Assembly (NCBI GenBank): GCA_004431415.1
Contig: QPMI01000227.1
Span: 92,645-156,644 of the forward strand
DNA: 64,000 nt
Direction: 5' to 3'
From: Cyanophora paradoxa CCMP329
Taxonomy: Eukaryota > Plantae > Glaucophyta
A model generated the notes under the pieces. The model was not told the origin of the DNA, searched no databases, and saw nothing but the letters and a program-made list of their open reading frames with translations. Both the position numbers and the translations under genes were made by a program. Numbering within the stretch: the first letter of the stretch is position 1; each line of letters begins with the position of its first letter. This document shows, in pieces, positions 10,943-22,560 of the stretch.

Positions 10943-13077
10943 CTCATGGATCAAATCTCAGACTTCTACGCCGACATGTCCGGACGTCTCGAGGAATTCC
11001 GATCGTGGCTTCTCGAGGGAGACCGCTCTCCCATGGCCGCAGGGCTGTCAAAATTTTACCCCCCCAAAATGGACCAGAAAATTTTGAGGAATATTCCGGG
11101 AACGTTCCCGGAATATTCCACCATACAAAATCCTGGAAAATTCTCAATACCGTGCGCTGCGCACCGCAGACGCCCTTTCAAAGCTGCGAAGCACTAAGAT
11201 AACATCACAACAAGCATTCTGAGAGACAGTATACAGCCATCTGGAGCTTGGAGACGGAAATGCAAGGCCCGTGGTGGGGTCAGAAGGGGGGGAGGGGGCG
11301 CAGAAAAGGGATGAAAATGAATAAAATAATCATTAAACTATATTCAATTTCCTAAAATTTTCCCCCTGCAAACGGGACGCGAAAATTTTCCCAAAATTTT
11401 CTAATATTCCGGGAACGTTCCAGGCTGGAATATTCCGGCTGACAGCCCTGCATGGCCGTCGCGCGAATATCGAATTTCGGCTCTCCAGTGGGCGTCACGC
11501 GAAATCGAATTTCTCTCGCGAACTAATCCCGGTATTTATACCCCGGTTCGATCGCGAAACTCCAAAAAGTGGGACCCGGTCCCGCCCGGTCCCGCGACGA
11601 AAGCGCGCCAGGAACGCCCCAGAGCGGTACAGAATGAGAGCCGACGGCGCGCGCACCGCTGCAAGCTCGATTTCGGGCGCCGCCGACACTGCAGTGCGAA
11701 GAGTCGGCGGAAACTTTGACCCAGCCGGTCCCGCCCGGTCCCGCGACGGGCGCAATCGATGCGTACTCACGCGCATAGACATAGCACGGCCTGCGCACTC
11801 CAGCGATCTGCTTTTCGGAGCCGGAACAGTGCAGCAAGGCACCCGGCGGCGAAAATTCGATCCTGCACAGGCCCGGACATCTTTCCGCGCGCCCACGCCG
11901 CGGCGCATGCGCGGAACAATAGTATAAGCATTCGAGATGTAGACAAATCCTTCCGCGCGCTTTGCAGATGCGCCGGACCGCGAGGACCCAGCCGACCCCA
12001 AGAATTCGATCCTCGACAAACCTGCCCATCTTTCCGCGCGCCCTCGCATCCTCACGCATGCCCATTGGTACAGTATTCATTTGAGAGCTTTTCCAAGCTC
12101 TCTGGGGGCGAAAGAGCACAAGAACCCAGCCGATGCCAAATTTTCGATCCTGCACAGGCCTGCACATATTTCCGTGCGCCCTCGCCTCCGCAGCCCTCCA
12201 CGTTGATAGTATATGCATTCTAAGAGATTCGCAAGCTCTACGCATGTGCATGCGCCTGGCCGCGGGAACCTCGCTCCTCCCCTTCATATGCATAATGAGG
12301 AGCTCGAGCGCTAGCTATAGCTCGAGGTGAGACCTATAGCTAGGCCTGAGGGGGGAAATATATATATATATATTCCCCCCCTAGATCTCACCTAGCTAGA
12401 GCTCGAGCTCCGCCGACCAATATATATATTCCCCCCTAGATGTCACCTCGAGCTCGAGCTCCACCTACCAATATATGGCGGCGATGAATAAGGTGGCGGC
12501 GGGCCCGGGGGGGGGGCTTCGAAAAAGCCCAACCTTTCGGACACGCAAGCTTAATTATAAGGGCCCACAGCTTATATAATTATTCAGTTAGGCCCGGCTC
12601 GGCGGTGTATACGTACATGCATATATACATGTACACATGTAGAGGCGCGGCGAGGGGCTGCGACTCTAGCCTGCGAGGGCCTGGCGGAAGCGCGGCGCGC
12701 AGCTGCAGCCGCCGGCCGCCCTGGCTGCCGGGCTCGCCGGGCGGAGCGCAGCCTCGGAGCACGGCGGCCTGGCGGCATGACTTGGTGGACGGGGTGGGGG
12801 CTCGCCGGGCGGAGCAGAGGCGCGTGGGGCAGCCGCCGGGCGCCGTGACTCGCCGGGTGGGGCGCAGCCTCGGAGCGCGGCAGCTCGCGGGGGGGCTCAG
12901 CCATGGCAGAGCAGAGGAGGCCCAGCACGGAGGCGGCGGATCCGGAGCAGCGTGCAGCCTACGGTGCAGGGCCAGGTCTACGCCTACCAAGCGCTGCAGC
13001 TGCCCGCTAAGCCTCATTGACGCTAAGACACTCGGACAGACAGGGAGGCTGAGGGAGCAGGCATGCATTGGCAGGGC
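10666..13077. mobile_element. Candidate non-autonomous PIF/Harbinger-type element
   Basis: 11 bp TIR GCCCTGCCAAT...ATTGGCAGGGC flanked on both sides by TTA; 139 bp tandem duplication of the left end; internal imperfect repeats at 11560-12170. Confidence 0.55.
11040..11450. mobile_element. hAT-type MITE
   Basis: TIR CAGGGCTGTCA...TGACAGCCCTG; 8 bp TSD CATGGCCG at 11032-11039 and 11451-11458; subterminal GGAATATTCC palindromes. Confidence 0.88.
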
Positions 13078-13716
13078 TTACCACACGTGAGTGTGGGCTT
13101 GTTAAACATCTAGTTAGACTAATTGCAACCGTTGAACTGTATTTAAAAATTTCTACTTTACTAAGTTAATTTTAACCGTTGAACGGCCGGGCTGGGCCTG
13201 CGCATGCACTGCGGCAACGCGTACGGTACTGTACATGTGGCATGGGCAATTGCAAGAGCTGCAGTCCAGCCTGGCACTGCGGCAGCCGCTGAGCCCATCG
13301 TGGCACTAGCACTGTTACGTACTATAAAGACCTTTAAATTCGATTTCGATCTGAACCTTTTCGCCTCCCGTCCGCAGGCTGACTCCATGTCGGGCCCCCC
13401 AGGGCCTGTAGGGGCTCCCGACACCTCCCCGAGACGACCCCCGCCGCCACAAGACGCGATGCAGCACCACGCCGTGCGGGCACCTGCATCTATAGCTAGC
13501 CAGAGTGTCCGCGGGGAGGCGCATTACTCTCCTGAGGGGCCACGCAGGGCCCGGCTGTCCGAGCGTGAGCTTGGTGGGGGCCAGTTCGCTGGTGGGCTGG
13601 GCCCGCGGCCGCGGCGGCCGCAGTGTACATCCCACACTTGTATCCCGGACCTGCGTTTTCAGTACGTGTCCAAATGCGATCTGCTCAATTTCCTCAGCCT
13701 ACATCGCCCGTCAACT

Positions 13717-15731
13717 TCAATCGGCATTCGAGGCTGGGCCAGCGTCCGCTGTGCCTTCGGGGGAAGAGGCAGGACCGCCCTCGAAGAGGACCAGCTTCGA
13801 GTGCAGCTCTGATGACGACACCCAAGGCCTACTCCAGTAATCCCCAGTGAATGCCCAGCCATCCTCGCCCTCCTTCTGCATATAATGGCTCGCTCAAACT
13901 GGAAAGGAAAAAAGGCTGCAATGAAAAAACCATACCTTGAACCAACGGGGCACCCACTGCTCAGCGGCAGCCTCACGGGCGCGACGCTCAGCACGTTGTT
14001 TCTCTTCAAGGCGATGCTTCTCAGAGCCCGCCAGCGAGGATTCTCCCTTTTGCAGAGCCCGGCGATCGGGCCGAATGCGGGAGTCAGTGGGAGGAAGCTC
14101 CTTCTCGCACTCGGGATCCAAAGCTGTAGGGGTAGATAAGTGAAAATTTCACAATGATATTTCCTGCAAAACTTGCGCACAATTGAGCTCTTCCGTGAAG
14201 TCGGTGAAACGCCACCTTCGGCTGCACTTAGCATCGCAAATCGCTGATTTGACCACACAGACATGCACTTGTTCTGTGTCTTGGGCTTGCCCTGCCAGAG
14301 TGTGAAGGGCTCGCCATCCGGGTTCCGACCATCATCCGCAACGCGCTGTGCTGTGAGCACCTCGTTCCAGCGCCCTTCCAGAGCGATCCTAGGTTATCCT
14401 TTTTAGAGTTTGGATGCAAAGAAAGGCAGAGGAGCTCACCGTGGCGCTCCGTTTTCATCGTAAACACCGCCCTCGATTGCGTGCCACTGCGCAGATCCCC
14501 AGCCGCACTTTTTGAAGTGCAGCACCGCCTTGGCAGCGTGCTTATCGCAGGTGACAGTAACAGTGCCGTAGTGATCGATCCAGGTCGAACCCAGCAAGAG
14601 GTTGTGTACACACGTACTGTTGCGATCAAATCAAAACCGGAATGAACGATACGCCCCACTTCGAAAAACTCACGTCGGAGTCGTCCATGTGAACGTTTCT
14701 GCCTCTTTCGTGAACGTAATGGATCTAGAGCCGGACTGGCTCGTATAGATTTCAATGGAGTTGCCAAAGAACTTGGTCTTTGGATTCGAAGTCTCCTTCA
14801 GCACCCAGCCTTCGCCAGTGCAGTGCGCGGCGCCAACCGGAGGATGGTGGCTAACCTGTGCGCGGCTTAAGGACAAGCGGGTCGCTGGAAGAGAACACCC
14901 GACCACGAACCTGCTCCGCAATGTAGCGGACCTTCTTATCCTTGCGAATAAACTCGAAGGTTTCTCCGAGGATGGGGTTGAACGGCTTGCCTGCAACAAC
15001 GGCGGCTCGGACTGCGCATCCGAGCCAAACAGAGAAGCAAGCAAACGAAATGAACCGAAGCGTTCAGTGTGGTGAAACACGGAGACCGCAAAGGCAGCCA
15101 CGTAAGCCAGCCGATCGATCGGCTTGTCGCATGCGGCAGCCTGGATGACGGCGACTTAGCGAGCTAACAACGCGGCAACGGAGCGCGCAAGCGCGAGCAC
15201 CTTGTCGAGGAGCTCTGAATACTCCAGCATCTCACACTGGCGCTGGAGCGCTGTCGTCGGCTCGAATGCCCAAATGGGGAGCGAAAAGGAGATTGCCAGG
15301 ACGTCGGTCCCAACAAACGATGACCATTTCTTCCACTGCTCGCGCACGTTCGCTTCACCAGCGGCGTGCAGCAACGCGTTGGCGGTCTCCTCGTTTGAGT
15401 CATCTGGATTCTCCACCTCCAGGTCCTCGTATCTGCGTAGCGGGTCGCTGTCGACAACCTGCGGCGGTCGCGCGCGCTGGGTGCAGCGCACCCGAGGTAC
15501 GACTTGACGGAGGGCGGCAGATAGTCCACTCCCGCCGAGACCGCGCCTTTCATCATGGAGAAGGCGCCGCCCGCCAGGCTCTTCCCGGCATTGACGAAAA
15601 ACGACATCGAGAAACGCTCTGCGCCTACAGCTACGAGATCGCCCGCTGTCGAACAGTCGATTCTGAGTCAAAGACGTTCGGGGTACAAGCCTTTTCTGGT
15701 GAACGTTCCGCAGCCCCGGGGGGCCCGACAT
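13717..15731 (-). CDS. Oxysterol-binding protein (ORP/OSH family), multi-exon; start approximate
   Basis: SLPIWAFEPTTALQR, KPFNPILGETF, EQVSHHPP signature, KTKFFGNSIEI, C-terminal WAFTGDYW. Confidence 0.93.
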
Positions 15732-16183
15732 GAAGTCAGCCTGCGGTGGGCGCCGGGGGGCGCGAAAAGGGGTCAGAACGGCCGGGCCGGCAACGGCGAG
15801 GGCCGCACTCTCCTATGCGTAGCCCAGACATGCGTAGTACACAGCTAGCTATAGCTCTGTCTACGCTGAACGCAGCCCCCTCTCGATCGAGGAAGCATGA
15901 CATGCACATGTGCAGCCCACATGTGGGTCACGGATGCAGCTAGCTATTTATAGCTGGCGCCGGCCGCTAGCTTGTGTGTCTTCCCTGAACGCAGAACTAG
16001 ACAATAGCGCTGTGTGACTCTCTTTGGGCATGCACTCGCCAAGCGCTTACATTCCTCGGGTGTCACGGGCGGGCCTTGCGGGGATGGAGCGTTACTTCCC
16101 TTCTGGGCGTTGTGGGGGGAACGGCCAGGCCGGCAAGAACATCAGCAATGTGAGGTCACAGATGCAGCTAGCTAACCAAATCT

Positions 16184-17622
16184 TTACAGATATCCTTTTG
16201 CACATGCAAGCTCCGCGTTCAGGATGGAGCCACCAGCAGCACCAATGACAGTGTTGTGCGAGAGGAGGACGAACTTGATGTCGAAGAGCGGGCACTCGCG
16301 AACACGTCCAACCGTCACCGTGTAGCCACTGTTTGCCTCTCGATCCAGGCGCGGCTGTGGCCTGTCCTTCTCACTGCGGACAATGATGTGCTGCTTTGGG
16401 AGAGATGGAAGGTTCATCTTTTCCAGGTCCGGTGTCGAGTAATTCCTCAACACCTGAATGAATATACAACATCACAGGTCGGCTTGACCTTGCCATGGGA
16501 AGAAGCAGACCTCTTCAACCTCCGCAGCAGTGGCCTTCTTCTTCAGCTTGAGAGACACACACTCCGTGTGGCCATCAATCACGTGAACTCGGTTGCAGTG
16601 TGCGCTGTGCAATACGAATTAATTGAAGTCGGAGGCGATTGAAGCTTGCACCTACCTGAGCTTCATGTTCGCATCGACGAAGGCATTGCCGTCCCATCCG
16701 CCAAGAATCTTGTTCGGCTCAGCCTCTACCTTGGGTTCCTCACCATCGATAAAGGGCACGACGTTATCTGTGATGTCGAGGGAGGCCACGCCAGGGTAGC
16801 CTGCCCCAGAAATAGCCTAAAGGCGCAATGTCGGACATCGGAGAACGATTCGCGGTCAAAAGCTCACCTGCATAGTAACAACGAAGCATTGATCGATGCC
16901 AAATGCCTCCGCAATCGGCTTCAGCGCAATGACGAGGCCGGTGCTGGAGCAGTTCGCATTGGTGACGATGAAGCCGCGCTTGTAACCATGGTTCTGGCGC
17001 TGCTTGACGACGGAGTCCACGTGCGATGCGTTGACGTTCGGAATGAGAATGGGTACGTCAGCATCGTAGCGGTGGTTCTTGGCGTTACTGAATACGGCAA
17101 TATCGCTGCGGAATCAAGCGGCAGGATCGGTTCCAGCGCGCAGCGCCTTCGACGGACGCTCCCGCACCTCTTAGCGAACGCCACCTCGACCTCGCCGGCA
17201 ACGTTGCTGTCGAGCCCTGAAAAGACGAGGTCGCAGCCCCGGAAGAGCTCGGGCTTGCACTCGCAGATCACGAGGTCCGCGACGGATGCCGGGATCGGAC
17301 TGGACTGCTTCCAGCGCACGACATCCTTGTACTTTTTACCCGCAGAGGCCTCGGACGCGCCGAGGTGCGTGACCGTGAACCTGCGGCAGCGGTCCACATC
17401 AGTCACGGCCAAGCTCGAGATACGTGCTAGCGCTCACCACGGGTGATCCTTGAGCAGCACTATGAACTGCACCCGAGCGCCTGGAGTCAACAACAGGAAA
17501 AACCGCGCAAAAAGGCAGCGCTCTAGGTCCACCGCTGCGACCCTAGCGGCGGCGGAAACACTCGCCTTCTGGCCAACCGTTCCTGTCGCGCCAAGGATTC
17601 CGACCGAGTACTTGCGCGTCAT
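16184..17622 (-). CDS. asd: Aspartate-semialdehyde dehydrogenase (HOM2/archaeal-fungal type)
   Basis: [19 protein letters not shown]|[10 protein letters not shown]...ASAGKKY...QPRLDR...[17 protein letters not shown]; first intron is GC-AG (17467-17565). Confidence 0.95.
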
Positions 17623-17832
17623 TCCCGCTCTTTCCGGAGGCTGAAGAGAATCGGCCCAACCCGCGGGGTACAGGGTCTCGAAGCCCCGGTCTTTGCTACA
17701 TGCAAAGCTGCGAGTGAGCCGTGCGTGTATCGTGAACAGCAAGCGCATTATCCTGCCGGCGTGCGGCGAGCCCTGTGGCGGTGCCGCGTTGGAACGGCGA
17801 GCCCCGCGCTACACGGCTCCGAGCGCGACGCG

Positions 17833-18567
17833 ATGGGGCATTTCTGGTCTCGCCAGAAGCCCTCGGAGACGGCCGATGAAGGCACTCAGCTGTGCGCACC
17901 GTCGACGCCCCCGCACCGCCGCCGCCCTCACGCGCTCGCCGACAGGCCGCCGATCAACCTGTACGACGGGCTCACGCTGAAGCGCATTCTCGACGACGCT
18001 GCGGCTCGTGTGGTTCTCGAAGCGGGCTACCCGGACGACCTCTCCATCAGCAACTGGAAGCTGGGTCTCGGCGTGTTGGCGTGCCTGTTCGCCCTTGTCG
18101 CCCACGTGTTTCCTGGCCCGTTCCCGACGAATCGCACGGCGCTTGCGCTCTGTTGCATCGGCTACTTCGCGTGCAGCTTCGGCCTTACGTTGCTGAGCAT
18201 GGCGAAGGAGCGCGACTGCATCCTGCTGACGGGCCCCAAGCGCTCGACGGCTGGCCCTACGAAGTACGGCGTGGACGCCGGCGTTGGGTTGCGTCTCCGA
18301 TCCCGCTTGCCTCGGTACAGCGAAACCTACTCTCTAGTCCTGGAACCGAACGACGGGCATGGCTGGCATATGCCCTCGCTGAACCCACTGCGGCTTCTCG
18401 GAATTTCCAGCGGTGGCGACGCGGGGCCGCTGGAGCCGGGGGCACCCTTCCGCCTCGAGAAGCGTGTCGGCAGCGTATTCGACGCTGGTGGGGGCTTCTG
18501 CGAAGTGGAGTTTGAAGCGGAGGTCGCCAAACTCCTCGCAGCTTTCGAAAGCAAGAAAGCGGCTTAG
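17833..18567 (+). CDS. SPCS2: Signal peptidase complex subunit 2 (SPC25); start uncertain
   Basis: INLYDGLTLKRILDDA...SNWKLGLG, two TM helices, SRLPRYSETY, SVFDAGG. Confidence 0.85.
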   Translation: MGHFWSRQKPSETADEGTQLCAPSTPPHRRRPHALADRPPINLYDGLTLKRILDDAAARVVLEAGYPDDLSISNWKLGLGVLACLFALVAHVFPGPFPTNRTALALCCIGYFACSFGLTLLSMAKERDCILLTGPKRSTAGPTKYGVDAGVGLRLRSRLPRYSETYSLVLEPNDGHGWHMPSLNPLRLLGISSGGDAGPLEPGAPFRLEKRVGSVFDAGGGFCEVEFEAEVAKLLAAFESKKAA

Positions 18568-18845
18568 CGCCCTTCTTGCAGTTTCTGTCAGCGCTTTTGA
18601 CTTCGATTTTGATTGGCGATTTCGATTAGGAAGTTGAGAATAGGACGATTTGAGAATAGGGGCAGGGCGGGGCCCACATGCACGCGGGGCAAAAATATTA
18701 CTCAATATCCAGACCCGTGCCCCAAGCTAAGGTCCAGCCCCCGCCCCGTAGCCCAAATCGATTCCGTTCACAAATGTGCTGCAGCAGGCGCATGTGCATT
18801 CGATTTCCAGTTGGATTTCACGTGTCACGATTAAATGCGAAGGCA

Positions 18846-21800
18846 TCAGACAATCTTCAAGGAGCTCAAAAGAGCAGCCATCTGGCGGTACTCTGCAAGA
18901 AGCGCCCCAATATCACCAATACGAAGGTCCTCTGCTCGGGCTGCATAGAACCGCTGCCCGAGGTTTGAGGCTGCATGTGCACCGTCTGGAGAAGGGAGGG
19001 AAAACACGCCATCCATAGCTTGAGTAGGGGTGGAAAGAAAGTTGCTCGGGCGTGCCGGAGGTGCAGCTGGAATGGCGACAAGGGGCTTGGGGGTGAAGTT
19101 CGGAGATGATCGTGGACCAGGAATGGGGGTCAAGGGCTGCAGAACAGTAGGGGCTTCCGGGCTCTCCTGAGGAGGCCAAGGAGTGCTGAGGTCCAGAAGA
19201 TCGCCCTCATCAGGCACATGATCTCCTGAGGCAGAAACTGCCACACTGTCTCGATCTACAGCTACTGGAGCTGTGTTCGTATCACCAAGGAGTCCATGAG
19301 CGGCTCCCTCAGTGACAGCTGGACTTCCATTGCTTGAGAAGAGGTTGGCATTGGCAGAAGACAGGGATCGGATGGTGTCGTCATCCGGAATGGGAGATGT
19401 ATCAGCATTGGCACTAGAAAGAGATGCAGAGAGGCCAGAGGGAGGTGGTGACGAAGGCTCGGTTGTGCCAGGTGGAACGGCAGGTGGTTCGCCAGAGGGG
19501 GCAGATGATGACGCTGTGGCATCAGCGACCTCTCCTGAGCAGTTCTTTAGCTCTCTGAGGAAACCCTCGGGGTCAAGAATGAAAAAGAAATGGATGGAAA
19601 GTTTTTGACCGTAGGTAAGTTGCATGTGGAATATCCAAGCAAGTCTCGTTAAGGGACTTCACGAAGGATGCAGCAGATGCTAATGCAGTCAGGTAATATG
19701 CAGACTCCCCGCCGAGACGCGCTGGATTCCGGTACCGGTTAATGAATCTGCCCTTCAGTGTGAGAAGCAGGGATTGGAGGAAAGAGTGGACAGGTCGCTT
19801 ACTCAATATTAGAGTGCAGTGCAGGCGGATTCGCCCGAAGAACAGCATAAATTAATGCCGGGAGAAACTCGTCAGCTCCTGTTCCAGATCCTCTCCGATG
19901 AGCAACAATCGCTCCAACAATCTGGAATGCCTCTCAGATCGCCTATGACTACAAACGTGGCCGATCATCACCTTGCAGCAGTTGAGAACGCAGACAATCT
20001 TGTCTCTTGGGCTCTTGTACTGACTCATCTGCCCACATGTGAACAGGATGCAGAAAGCCGGTGCATGAAGTTCGTACACCTTCTGTAACTCTGCTGCTGC
20101 ACGGGTCCAGTGAGGCTCGTCTGCAGGGCCGACGCCACGCATCTCAAGGTGCTCAGGCCTGACGAAAGCATGTCGTCGGATCTGCTCACGGATTAACGAA
20201 ATCAAAATCACAGAATCTCTGGGGAAACCTTCTCGCCTGTTGATCGAGTTTTGCATCTTCTTCAGCATCCTCCGGTGTTGGGCAAAACGCTCTACGTAGT
20301 CGGTCAGGGAAGGAATACCCAGCGAAATGAATCATCACCTGGGGTATATCTTGGTGCAGACATACTTCTCAAGCGACTCTGAAACGCCATCCAACTCCTC
20401 AGATCCAGCACCACGCATCATTGGAAGGGCAGCGATAGCTCGCTCAGTCTGCTGCAAGAACTCCCGGACACGTTCGTGCTCTTTGACACCGTACGGAAGT
20501 GGTGCAGCCCCGACGGGGCGCTCACAGAATGCTTTGGTGAAGCTGAGGAAAAATCGCTATTTGGCCCCAAAAGCATTAAAAATACGATCGCTTACTTCTT
20601 GATGGATATGACAATCTCTGATGCACTTCGGTCCCGCATCTTCTCAAGAAACGCTTGGAAGCTGCGAAAGAAGTGCACTTAAATAAACCATTTCATGCAA
20701 GAACTCCAATAAACCACTTAAATTTCAATGACCTTGCTCCAAAGGACGCGCCCCCCAAATTGCCAGCAGTCATGTCCTCCGTGCGTCTGTCGTCGATGTG
20801 CCCAACTGAGCCCTGAGCCAGCGTAGGTGGTGTGGTGAACTCAGGGTGCCTGTTGTCCACAGGTGAAGCAGCTGATTCACGTGTACTGACAGCGGTTGCT
20901 GAAGGTGGGGATTGTCCAACAATTTGAGGACCGCTGGAAGCAGGAGCCTGTAGTGATCCTCCAGATGCTGACTGGGGTGAATTTGAAGGGACCGAATTGA
21001 CGTTCTGGGCTTGAAACAAAGAACGTAGCTTCGAAGGGACAATGTAGCTCATTGCGGACCCGAAGATTTCTCCCCGCCCAGAAGAGCCTTCAACTGTGGG
21101 CGGCTGTGGCTGCGCCACGAATGACTCCGGAGAAGTGTTCGAGAAGCTGTTGCGCCGTGGGTGCGATTCATGCGTTTCTGGGGATTTTCCCCGGGTGAGT
21201 CTTCCATCTGCACTTCGCGGGCTCGAAGGCGCCGACTGAGCATGAGATGATTCACCCCCAGCCTGGGCCTGCTCTATGGGTGTTCGTGCTGATTTAGCTG
21301 GTTGCCAGATGAGTGAGCTTTCGTGTGCGCAGCCCGGTGTGTAAAGAGGCTCCGAGAGGAGAAATAGTGGGAAGGAAGTGCTCCGACCGCCAGCCGGGAG
21401 CTGAACCGTTGTCTCGCGGAGAAGGGTGTGACGCGACAACAGGGGGCAAGGGCCCTCGTCGAACATATAGCTCGAGGCAAAGGCCACGTGCACGTCGCGC
21501 AGCTCCTCAAGCTCTGCAGGGCCCCCAGCCAGCAGCTTCAATGTCTTCTCCTCCCGATCCAAAATACCTGTGCCTCGGAAGATCACTAGTTGCATTCGCA
21601 GGGGTTCTTTGCACGAACCATGCATGCCTGACAGCGTGATGAAATGCTGCTTGTTCGTGGAGCTCAGAAACCCCGCCTGCCCGTGCCCCTGGGGAATTAA
21701 ACGTTGCGTGCTAGCCCTAGCAGTCAAAAAATAGCTACACACATGAGAGAGCATCATGAGTTTCGTCACCCCATGAGTTTGCGGCTCTAAAGAGACGCTC

Positions 21801-21955
21801 TGTGGGATGAACAGGACTGGTACATGCGGTGCAAATCTCCGGTCGACGAGAAAATCAGGGAGGTTCCGATAGTTGGCGTTCTCTCTGATGGCCCGAAGCA
21901 AAGCGTTCTCGGCCTTCTCAAACCTTGGCGTGGGGCCTTTCACGTCAGCCTCCAT
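18846..21955 (-). CDS. VPS9: VPS9-domain Rab5 guanine nucleotide exchange factor
   Basis: FLEKMRDRSASEIV, LEKYVCTKIY, YKSPRDKIVCVLNCCK, ADEF, LHSNIE, FINRYRNPARLGGESAYYLT. Confidence 0.88.
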
Positions 21956-22560
21956 CTGCCCTGCGCGGGCTCGATGGCTTACGTACTCGACGAAGCTCGA
22001 TTCGCCCATAACGCGCCAGCGGAGCGACAATCTTTCGTTCTAGAGGCGGCGCACGGCGCGTGCGCATCTGCGCACGGGTCGAAATAAAGTGGAATCGATT
22101 GAGAGAGCGCGCGGGCGCTGTACGCACGCGTAGAGAGCCCGAGAATGTGAATGGAGGACGGGACCGAGCGGCGCTGACCGACGCGGCGCTGGCTATGGCC
22201 CAAACGGCGCTAAGGACTAAGGAACCGGCCCAAGTCGGCAAGCCCGGGGCTCGCAGCGTCAAGCTGCGCTGACGCTCTCGAGGCGAGCCGCGCTGTTGCG
22301 CGAGAAACCGCTCGAAGGTCAGGCACAGTTCAACCACAGTTGAACCACAGTTCAACCACTTTCTCTGGGGGTACAAGGGAATATTTCGGGTGCGGCTTTC
22401 CACTCTCCGGGCGCAGCTGGGCAGACGCGGCCGTGCAGGTTCTCTTGTGGCGTTGTGCACGTGATCTGAGTGCGCACGTACGGCTCCGCTCCGCTCAACT
22501 GAGCCGGTCCCCGCGGGTTGAGTTCTGCGCCAGCCCCCGGATTGAGCCAGCCCCCGAACC

